Shown: one piece after another, positions 19,899 through 27,698 of the stretch | How the letters are laid out: each line of letters starts with the position of its first letter | Position numbering within the stretch: the stretch's first letter is position 1 | The notes under the pieces: generated by a model | Database searches by the model: none | The model's input: only the letters and a program-made list of their open reading frames with translations | What the model was told of the DNA's origin: nothing | DNA from: Minisyncoccota bacterium | Lineage (GTDB): Bacteria; Patescibacteriota; Minisyncoccia; Phycocordibacterales; JBAYGS01 | Length of the DNA stretch: 64,000 nucleotides | Direction of reading: 5' to 3' | Assembly: GCA_041666545.1 (NCBI GenBank) | Contig: JBAYGS010000002.1 | Coordinates: 106,395-170,394 of the forward strand | Position numbers and translations under genes: made by a program

Positions 19899-21194
19899 TT
19901 AAGAAAGTTTTAGATTCCCCAAGGCGGAAAGATTTTGGTTCGCCTGGTGCTTGAAATTCAAGGCGCCGGCGATGGAAATCATAATGGCATTATCGGTGGC
20001 GTGGTCGAGCTGGGGGAGAAATAGCTTAAGATTTTTTTCTTGCGCCAACTTGGTGAAAGCCTGGCGGATTTCTTTGTTGGCGATGACTCCACCACCCAAA
20101 ATCAGACTTTTGGCGCCAAACTTTTCAATGGCTTTGGCGGTTTTAGTGGTGAGAACTTCTACGACTGAGTCTTCAAATTCTCGAGCGATTTGCTGCTTGT
20201 CGGTATCGGAGAGCGTGCCGATTTTTTGTGCTAGATAAAGCACGGCGGTTTTAAGACCGGAGAAAGAAAAATTCAAGTCACCGCTTTTGAGCATTGGCCG
20301 AGGGAGAGAAATAGTGGGTAGTGGGTAGTGAGTAGTGGGTAGTGAAGGATTCCGAGCAATCTCAGCCAGGGCTGAGATTTGGGGTCCGCCGGGATATGGT
20401 AGGCCGAGAACGCGGGCAACTTTATCAAATGCCTCGCCGACAGCGTCATCTTTGGTTTGCCCGACAATTTCATACTTTCCCCAGTCCCTCATCAAAACCA
20501 GTTCAGTGTGCCCGCCGGAAATGAGCAGGGCAATGGCAGGAAACGCAGGGGTTTGTAGTGAGTAGTGGGTAGGGAGTAGTTTTTCAGATTTGGAATTTGG
20601 AAATTGGTTATTGGAAATTCCTTGTTCTCGCAGTAGCGAAACAAGGACGTGTCCTTCCATATGATTTACCGGGGTCACCGGCACTTTCCAGAGTTCGCCG
20701 AGCGCGCGAGCGAAGTTTAGACCGGTCCAAAGACAGGGCTCAAGTCCGGGGCCATTAGTGACAGCAATCGCATCGAGCTTCTTTGGCTTTACCAGTCTAC
20801 TCAAATTATTTTTTATATTCTCAAAAAGAATCGTATCTTTCGCAAAGTCTATTGCAGTCTTTTGCAAAACACTAGAATAGAGATTTGTAATTTCGGGGGT
20901 GTTTAAGGTTTGTAATTTTGGATTTGAAGTTTGTTTGGTTTTTGTTTCTTGTGATTTGGAATTTCCAGAATCTAGTTCCTTTAAAACTTTCAATAGGATT
21001 GGAACTAGATTCTGGCTGTGTTCGCGTTTGGCCATCATTGGAAAAACTCCGCCATATTGCTCGTGGATTTTGATTTGCGAAATCAGTTCATTGGCCAAAA
21101 TTTTTATTTTTGGCTGGCCAAAAAGCGGTTTCTTGAATTCAATCAAGGAAATGGCAGTTTCGTCGCAGGATGTTTCAATGCCGAGAATTATCAT
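19899..21194 (-). CDS. tsaD: tRNA t6A threonylcarbamoyltransferase with three low-complexity insertions
   Basis: LGIETSCDET, GGVFP..A.REH, GPGL, NHMEGH, SGGHT, DDAVGEAFDK, FSFSGLKT, TDNA.MI. Confidence 0.96.
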   Translation of the reverse strand: MIILGIETSCDETAISLIEFKKPLFGQPKIKILANELISQIKIHEQYGGVFPMMAKREHSQNLVPILLKVLKELDSGNSKSQETKTKQTSNPKLQTLNTPEITNLYSSVLQKTAIDFAKDTILFENIKNNLSRLVKPKKLDAIAVTNGPGLEPCLWTGLNFARALGELWKVPVTPVNHMEGHVLVSLLREQGISNNQFPNSKSEKLLPTHYSLQTPAFPAIALLISGGHTELVLMRDWGKYEIVGQTKDDAVGEAFDKVARVLGLPYPGGPQISALAEIARNPSLPTTHYPLPTISLPRPMLKSGDLNFSFSGLKTAVLYLAQKIGTLSDTDKQQIAREFEDSVVEVLTTKTAKAIEKFGAKSLILGGGVIANKEIRQAFTKLAQEKNLKLFLPQLDHATDNAIMISIAGALNFKHQANQNLSALGNLKLS

Positions 21195-21296
21195 GGGATT
21201 TAATATACAGGACAAACTGGCGACTTGCATGTCTTGACTTTCCTAAATTTGGTAGTAAGCTGAAAGCAGAAGGTAAACTTAAATGAAAGGAAAATT

Positions 21297-21671
21297 GTGG
21301 ATGCAACTATAGCCCGTCTTTTTGATGAATTTCGACAGCGGGACTTCGAGCCGATTCAATTGCAATTGTCGCCGGATTGTTATTGGACGCACACTGTGGC
21401 TCCTGCTACCCATGGTGATTTATGGCTCCGCCTGATTGATCAAGGGGATGCGAGTTCGGTCTCAGTTTGTAAAAGCGAGAGATTGGCCCGTCGCCCTTTT
21501 GAGTCCGAGTCTTGTGCGGCTGAGTTGCCAATCGATTTGGGGTGTAGTGACAGCGGGTATTATTGCGAATTTAGTTTGGCAGTCGGCGGGTCGGCGGCCA
21601 AGTGGCTTACCCAGTTCCTGTCAAGGTTCGCTGAATTGGCAAATCAGCAATCTGTCGAGGTTTCAAAGTGA
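21297..21671 (+). CDS. Hypothetical protein
   Basis: AAGGA RBS, TTGACT promoter upstream, terminator at ~21692-21726. Confidence 0.6.
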   Translation: MDATIARLFDEFRQRDFEPIQLQLSPDCYWTHTVAPATHGDLWLRLIDQGDASSVSVCKSERLARRPFESESCAAELPIDLGCSDSGYYCEFSLAVGGSAAKWLTQFLSRFAELANQQSVEVSK

Positions 21672-21799
21672 TTGAGTTTTCTACGTGGTGTGCCGGTAAT
21701 CGAGAGATTGCCGGCCTTTATTTTTGTTGAACAAATTTGTACAAAACTAAGCCCTCACCGCTTTCGCTGAGTCGGGCGAAGTTGGGCAGTTTTGTTTAG

Positions 21800-22939
21800 C
21801 TAAAAATGGGTTAAGCATGTCCAAAATTTCGAGTCGTCTTTTTGGGAGGAGCATCTCAGATTGTGTTTTATCAAATCGGTATAGTTACTGTATTGATAAT
21901 AAGGGGTGATAGCGACCCGAGTATTGGACTTTTCGATATAATTTCCATTTGGGTCGAGTCCGCCGTATCGAAGTCGCGACTGAGGATAGGCCAGATAAAG
22001 CTTGGCGCGGAGGTTTAAATGAGGTGGCACTTGATCGAATGGTCCGTCAAAATAATTGTTTTTCGCCACATTTTGTCTGGCTATTCCAACCAGAAGTAGG
22101 CGTTGGGGACCTTGATAGAAAACAAAATCCGTATTCTTCCCTAGCCGATAGTTGTTTCCTAAGTCGGTCAATTCATCCCCGATATTCTCATCTGGATTTG
22201 CTATGAAGTAAAAGGCGCTTGTCTTGTTGTTGAAAATTAGTACGAAGCGTATTCCTGACTCGTCTACAATTTGAGAGATGAACTGTTCGTCGGCTAGCAG
22301 CTTAAGATTTTTAGGCAGTTGCTGATTGGAATCATTAAGTATAAATGTCACTGTTTTTCCGAGGTACGAGATTTTGTATTCATGTCCTGATTCGCGTTTG
22401 ATTGCTAGCCCGTCATGGGCAGTGATGTCCCCGGCCCAGTTCTTTGTTGAGGTTGCATGGGGGTTGTCCATGTCGAAATAACCGAAATGCAAGATCCCAT
22501 TTTCTATGTCTGAAAATCTGATGTTACCGGCTATAATTTTATTTGGAATTTTTAACCGATAGTAGTAATAGCCTTCAGTTGGGTAGACGATTGCCAGACT
22601 TGGCAAACGCTTCCAGATGTAATTTAAGAATTCTACAGGTTGGGTATAATCTGGGACTGGCAGGGTAAGTGATAGAAGATTATTTATCCCCAGAGAATAG
22701 TAACTTCGAAATGACTGAAACATTTCCGAAGGACGAAGCGTATTGTATGAGAGGTCGTTGGCCAAGATGTAAAATTGGTTGAGTCTAAAGTTGCTTGGTA
22801 TCGAAAAAAACAAAGGCAAAATAAGACAAATTGCCAATCCATAAGCTAACATAAAACCAATCGTTGAGGACTTCTTGATTGTAAAGTCGTTACACGCTCG
22901 TGTAACTAGCCGCCGCAATTTACCAATTGAAGAATCCAT
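21800..22939 (-). CDS. Unknown membrane-anchored enzyme-like protein (start uncertain: 22939 or 22852)
   Basis: One N-terminal TM; motif-like VYPTEGYYYY, GNIRF, DESG, NNYFDGPFDQ, RVAITPY. Confidence 0.7.
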   Translation of the reverse strand: MDSSIGKLRRLVTRACNDFTIKKSSTIGFMLAYGLAICLILPLFFSIPSNFRLNQFYILANDLSYNTLRPSEMFQSFRSYYSLGINNLLSLTLPVPDYTQPVEFLNYIWKRLPSLAIVYPTEGYYYYRLKIPNKIIAGNIRFSDIENGILHFGYFDMDNPHATSTKNWAGDITAHDGLAIKRESGHEYKISYLGKTVTFILNDSNQQLPKNLKLLADEQFISQIVDESGIRFVLIFNNKTSAFYFIANPDENIGDELTDLGNNYRLGKNTDFVFYQGPQRLLLVGIARQNVAKNNYFDGPFDQVPPHLNLRAKLYLAYPQSRLRYGGLDPNGNYIEKSNTRVAITPYYQYSNYTDLIKHNLRCSSQKDDSKFWTCLTHF

Positions 22940-23543
22940 TGAACCAGTCAGTAATTGCGTCGAATATCCCACCAGAGTCGCTGTTGTTTACATTATTAAT
23001 GTTTGACTGACTATTTAGGTTAAAGTCTAGGTCGTCTGAAGCAAATCCTGAATCGAAAAAGACGCTAAGCTCTTCATCATGGGTGCCGTTAGCTTTATCT
23101 TCCTGGATACTTATAGTCGTATCGTGATCGTCAAAAAAATCGCTCACCGCTTTTTCATGCGTTCCGTTATCCTTATCTTCCTGGATACTTATAGTCGTAT
23201 CATGATCGTCAATAAAATCGCTCACTGCTTTTTCATGCGTTCCGTTATCTTTAGCACTTTGAGTGAGATCGTGGTCGTCGAGGAAGTTACTAAGCGCAGT
23301 ATCGTGTGTGTCGTCACTTTGAACCAAACTATGCGTTCCTGAGCTGTTTATTAATCCATGGGAATAATCGTCGGAAGAGTATATGATTACATCGGCGACT
23401 TGCTTGTTGACATCAAATTTAATTTCTCGGTTTTTGCCGTAGCCGATTATAAGAGCCAAAATCAAAACAACTATCAAAGAAAGCCAGGCACGTTTGGCGT
23501 CGATTGGTGGCTGGTTAGGCTCGCCGAGATTATTAGGAGTCAT
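22920..23543 (-). CDS. Membrane-anchored protein with nine His-x4-Ser repeats
   Basis: TM helix followed by HGLINS, HSLVQS, HDTALS, HDLTQS, HEKAVS, HDTTIS, HEKAVS, HDTTIS, HDEELS. Confidence 0.75.
   Translation of the reverse strand: MTPNNLGEPNQPPIDAKRAWLSLIVVLILALIIGYGKNREIKFDVNKQVADVIIYSSDDYSHGLINSSGTHSLVQSDDTHDTALSNFLDDHDLTQSAKDNGTHEKAVSDFIDDHDTTISIQEDKDNGTHEKAVSDFFDDHDTTISIQEDKANGTHDEELSVFFDSGFASDDLDFNLNSQSNINNVNNSDSGGIFDAITDWFNGFFNW
23095..23250. repeat. 78-bp tandem duplication (26 aa) inside the HxxxxS protein
   Basis: ttatcttcctggatacttatagtcgtatc at 23095 and 23173. Confidence 0.9.
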
Positions 23544-23633
23544 TTCAGTATTGGTTAAAAGTTAGCTTACTAATGTATAAATGTTACCGCCTTACAGTGG
23601 CAATTGCAATCAGACTGTAAACAGTTCAGTTTT

Positions 23634-25391
23634 TTACCTTGCTTGAAATTTGTATAGAACTAAATTTTTGTCACTTTCGCCAAGTTTGGTGAAGTTGGGG
23701 CAGGTGAACGGCGCGGAGTAGGCGTAGGCGATTTGGAATTTTTGGGCGAGGGCAGTTTTTTCGGCGCAGTTGGCAGAGAGGAAGGTGTTGTAAGTCAAAA
23801 TTTTGTTGGTTAGGGTTGAGGGTTTGGAGTCCAGTGGAAAATTTTGTGTCGCGACGCCGATGACAAGGCCTTTCCATGGCGGAGCGATAAAGCGTTGGTT
23901 TTTGATATTTTTGAAAAGTTCGAGGTCGGCTGGAGTCAGATAGATATTGGCCGGGGAGGCGGGCGCAATTTTGGCTAGGCTTTCGCCGACGCGGATTTGC
24001 ATTACCAGTTTCTGCCAGTCGGTATATCTGGTGTAGAAAGGTGAGGCGAGAGTGAAAATTATTAAAATCAGGATGGTTAAATTGAAATCGGAAAGTCGCC
24101 GATATTTTTTTTGGAGCCAGGCAAAAATATCGGCGGCCCCAAGACCAGAAAGAATAGTGAGCAAAATTGAGGTGATAACAATTACTCGTTGGTATTCAAT
24201 GATAAAAACTTTTTGGGTGCCGGAGTAAACTGTCCAAAAAACGAGGCCGATTAGGGTGAGGCCGATAATTGGCCAGTTTTTGTTTTTAAATTCTTGCCAG
24301 AAGCCTGGAAGTGCGAGAAGTATGACCCAGATTGGGATTATCGTAAAAATGTTAAATTTCGGGATGCCGTTTTGAAGATTGGTTCGGAAGATCAGGGAAA
24401 GAATCGAATCTTTAAGTGAGATGAGGTTGCTGTTGCCAAAAATGAAGGCTAGGGCGACTAGGAAAATAATGGCGAGTGAACCAAGAGTCAGCCAAATTTC
24501 TTTTTGGCTACGATTTTTTAGTCCCACGGCGATGATCAAGGGTAGTGAGAAAGCGATTATTGGCGGGTAGAAAATTATTGATAAGATTGAAAAAATTGCC
24601 ACTAGAGTTCTCTTTTCGGAAGCGACGGACAAAAGAGCAAATAAAAAAAGAATTAATCCAGCCGTGAGAGGCAGGAAATTCCAAATGCCCGGCAGGTTGG
24701 CGCCGTTTACAATATAAGGAATTGAAAGTGCTACCAAAAGTGAAGCGGGCAAGCCGGCGCCAAGTCGTCTCGAAATCAAATAAGCCAAAAAGCAAATTAG
24801 GAGACCGGATAAGATTGCGAGCGCGGGGTAAGTCGTTAAGGGGTTAAGCTCCGTGATTAAGAAAAACTCTGAAATGGTGGAAAAAAAGGGGAATGTCGGA
24901 TTATTGAAACGGCCGTTTTGCCAGAGAGGATTGACTAAAGGGAGAGATTTATTCTCGATTGAATAGTTGATGAGCGAAATGCCGATCCATTCATCCGAAA
25001 AGTAGGGATAGTCGGAGCTACTATTCTCGACCGTCTGATAGCCATTTGAGGTGGTGATGAGGCCGGTGTAGGAATAGTGGACAGACCAGAGTTGGAAGGT
25101 AATAATGAAAACAGTGAAAATAATAAAATAGTTGATAGCCAGTTTGGGTTTATCTGTTCGGTGTCTTTTTAAAAAAAGGATTATTAGGGAAACTAAAACG
25201 ACGATTGAATGAGTCGAGATGAGAAGATTGTAGGTAAAAACTCCTAGAGCCTGTGAGGCGACTGCCAAGATTAGATGGAAACCGATTAAACCCGCTGAAA
25301 TGGTCAAAAAACCTTTAAAACGGTCCTTAAACAGGAGGGCCAAGGAGAGTGGTATAATCGAGAGAATTATTCCAAAACAGGCCATAAACAT
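23634..25391 (-). CDS. Multi-pass membrane protein, possible GT-C glycosyltransferase
   Basis: Many TMs; SDEW acidic motif in first large loop; next to GT cluster. Confidence 0.55.
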   Translation of the reverse strand: MFMACFGIILSIIPLSLALLFKDRFKGFLTISAGLIGFHLILAVASQALGVFTYNLLISTHSIVVLVSLIILFLKRHRTDKPKLAINYFIIFTVFIITFQLWSVHYSYTGLITTSNGYQTVENSSSDYPYFSDEWIGISLINYSIENKSLPLVNPLWQNGRFNNPTFPFFSTISEFFLITELNPLTTYPALAILSGLLICFLAYLISRRLGAGLPASLLVALSIPYIVNGANLPGIWNFLPLTAGLILFLFALLSVASEKRTLVAIFSILSIIFYPPIIAFSLPLIIAVGLKNRSQKEIWLTLGSLAIIFLVALAFIFGNSNLISLKDSILSLIFRTNLQNGIPKFNIFTIIPIWVILLALPGFWQEFKNKNWPIIGLTLIGLVFWTVYSGTQKVFIIEYQRVIVITSILLTILSGLGAADIFAWLQKKYRRLSDFNLTILILIIFTLASPFYTRYTDWQKLVMQIRVGESLAKIAPASPANIYLTPADLELFKNIKNQRFIAPPWKGLVIGVATQNFPLDSKPSTLTNKILTYNTFLSANCAEKTALAQKFQIAYAYSAPFTCPNFTKLGESDKNLVLYKFQAR

Positions 25392-25452
25392 AGGAACACT
25401 TTAGCATGAAAATAGTTAAGAACCCCTACGAATGGGGCACACGAATGAATAT

Positions 25453-26607
25453 ATGACTAAAAATCACGAAATATCAGTGGTCATCCCGTGCCTAAATGAG
25501 GAAAAGGGTATCGGTTTTTGTCTGGAGGAGGCGATGGGTGTTATTAGGAAGCGAAATTTGTCGGCCGAAATTGTTGTGGTTGATAATAATTCGACTGACA
25601 AAACGGCGGAGATTGTTTCTGAGTACCAGAAAAAATTTGCTGATTTGGTTTTGGTTAATGAAGAAAGGCCCGGTTACGGTGCGGCATATTTAAAAGGTTT
25701 GGCGGTGGCATCGGGAAAATATTTGATTATGGCGGATGGTGATGGTACATATGATTTTTCTTTGATTACTGATTTTGTCTCTAAATTGAAGTCCGGTTTT
25801 GATTTGGTGGTAGGGAATCGGTTTGCCACCAAGGATGTCAATTTGGTGATGCCGTGGCTGCACCGCAGGATTGGCAATCCGTTTTTGTCATTTCTCGTCC
25901 GAGCATTTTTCGGCGCGAAAATTAAAGATGTACATTGCGGGATGAGGGCAATTACCAGAAGGGCTCTTGAAGCTGTCGACTTAAATACCACCGGTATGGA
26001 GTTTGCTTCGGAAATGGTAATTAAAGTCGCGAGGCGAGGCCTCAAGATCGGTGAGGTAGACATTTCTTATCGAAAAAGGTTCGGGGATTCAAAGCTCGAA
26101 TCGTTTAGTGATGGCTGGCGACATTTGCGTTTTATTTTGCTTTATTCACCGCTTTTGCTTTTCCTTTTACCCGGTCTTATTATTTTGGGTTTGGGAGTCA
26201 TCGGCTTAGTCGGCTTTTACTTTGGCAGTCTGAATTTGTTTGGTATGAATTTTTATGTCCATCCTATGTTCGTCTTTTCGGTGATGATTCTCCTCGGCTA
26301 TCAGTTGGTTGCCTTTTCGGCTTTTTCAAAAATTTATGCCATCTCTCATCTGGGCGATCATAACCGGCTCATTGAATCGCTCTTCAGAAAAATCACCGTC
26401 GAACGCGCCAGCATTCTGGGAATGACTTTTTTTCTGCTCGGACTTTTGATTTATCTTTTTATTTTTGTAAAATGGTTTTCGTCCGGTTTTGGCGAGCTTG
26501 ATGAAATCAAAAATTCGATTGTGGCGCTCACCCTGCTCGTAGTTGGGGTCCAGACCTTCTTTTCGGCCTTTATGCTAAGCACTCTAGGGATTAAATCTAA
26601 GCAATAA
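25453..26607 (+). CDS. GT2 glycosyltransferase (polyprenol-P glycosyltransferase-like) with C-terminal TMs
   Basis: VVIPCLNEE, VVDNNSTD, MADGDGTY, EFASEM, DGWRHLR. Confidence 0.9.
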   Translation: MTKNHEISVVIPCLNEEKGIGFCLEEAMGVIRKRNLSAEIVVVDNNSTDKTAEIVSEYQKKFADLVLVNEERPGYGAAYLKGLAVASGKYLIMADGDGTYDFSLITDFVSKLKSGFDLVVGNRFATKDVNLVMPWLHRRIGNPFLSFLVRAFFGAKIKDVHCGMRAITRRALEAVDLNTTGMEFASEMVIKVARRGLKIGEVDISYRKRFGDSKLESFSDGWRHLRFILLYSPLLLFLLPGLIILGLGVIGLVGFYFGSLNLFGMNFYVHPMFVFSVMILLGYQLVAFSAFSKIYAISHLGDHNRLIESLFRKITVERASILGMTFFLLGLLIYLFIFVKWFSSGFGELDEIKNSIVALTLLVVGVQTFFSAFMLSTLGIKSKQ

Positions 26608-27698
26608 TGAAAATCGCGATTCTTCATAATTTTCTAGACAATATCGGCGGGGCGGAAGTCGTGGCTCTGACTCTCACCCGTGAGTTTAAGGCTGACCTTT
26701 ATACCACGAATGTTAGCGCGGAAAAGATTAAGCAAATGGGTTTTGGTGAAGTCTTGCCTAGGATTAAGTCGATTGGTTGGGTGCCGAAAAATGCGCCCTT
26801 CCGACAGCAGTTGACCTTATGGCGTTTTCGACGCCTAAATCTTGGTCGGCAGTATGATTTTTATATTATCGCCGGTGACTGGGCAATGTCCGGTTTGGTA
26901 AATCATCATCCGAATCTTTGGTATATCTTCTCGCCACTCAATGAGTTGTGGCAATTTAGGAATCATGTGAGAGAGGATTTATTGAGCTGGTGGCAACGGC
27001 CGATTTTCGACGCGTGGGTCCGGTTTAACCGCTGGTTGACTATAAGATATGCCAAAAGCGCTGACCAGATGGTTTCGATTTCAGAAAATACGCGGGCTCG
27101 AGTTAAAAAATTTTATAATCAGGAATCGGAAATTATTTATCCGCCGACTGATATCTCCAAGTACCTCAATCGGCCAAGTGAAAATTTCTGGCTGTCGGTC
27201 AATCGTCTAACTCGGCACAAACGGATTGAAAATCAGATGGGAGCTTTTGCCAAAATGCCGGATGAGAGACTGGTTATTGTTGGCAGTTATGAGAAGGGCT
27301 CAAGACAGTTTGAAAGCTACAAGAAATATCTGGAGAAAATCAAACCGGCAAACGTTGAGATAATAAATTGGGCGACGAATGAAAAATTGATTGATCTGTA
27401 TTCACGGTGCAAAGGATTTATCACGACCGCGAAAGATGAGGATTTTGGTATGACACCGGTCGAAGCAATGGCCTCCGGCAAACCAGTCGTGGCGATAGAC
27501 GAAGGCGGTTACAGAGAGACTGTCACCAATGGTACGGGGGTATTGATTAATAATTTGGAGGCAGAAACAATCGTCGAGGCTGTCAGGAAGATTAATGAAA
27601 ATCCGACAGCTTATCGGGAGGCGTGTTTGGCAAGGGCCAAAATTTTTAGCGTGGCAGAGTTTGGGTCCAAGATTAAAAGAGTGATTCAAAAAGAATGA
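26607..27698 (+). CDS. GT4 glycosyltransferase
   Basis: GGAE, EDFGMTPVEAMASGKPV. Confidence 0.9.
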   Translation: MKIAILHNFLDNIGGAEVVALTLTREFKADLYTTNVSAEKIKQMGFGEVLPRIKSIGWVPKNAPFRQQLTLWRFRRLNLGRQYDFYIIAGDWAMSGLVNHHPNLWYIFSPLNELWQFRNHVREDLLSWWQRPIFDAWVRFNRWLTIRYAKSADQMVSISENTRARVKKFYNQESEIIYPPTDISKYLNRPSENFWLSVNRLTRHKRIENQMGAFAKMPDERLVIVGSYEKGSRQFESYKKYLEKIKPANVEIINWATNEKLIDLYSRCKGFITTAKDEDFGMTPVEAMASGKPVVAIDEGGYRETVTNGTGVLINNLEAETIVEAVRKINENPTAYREACLARAKIFSVAEFGSKIKRVIQKE

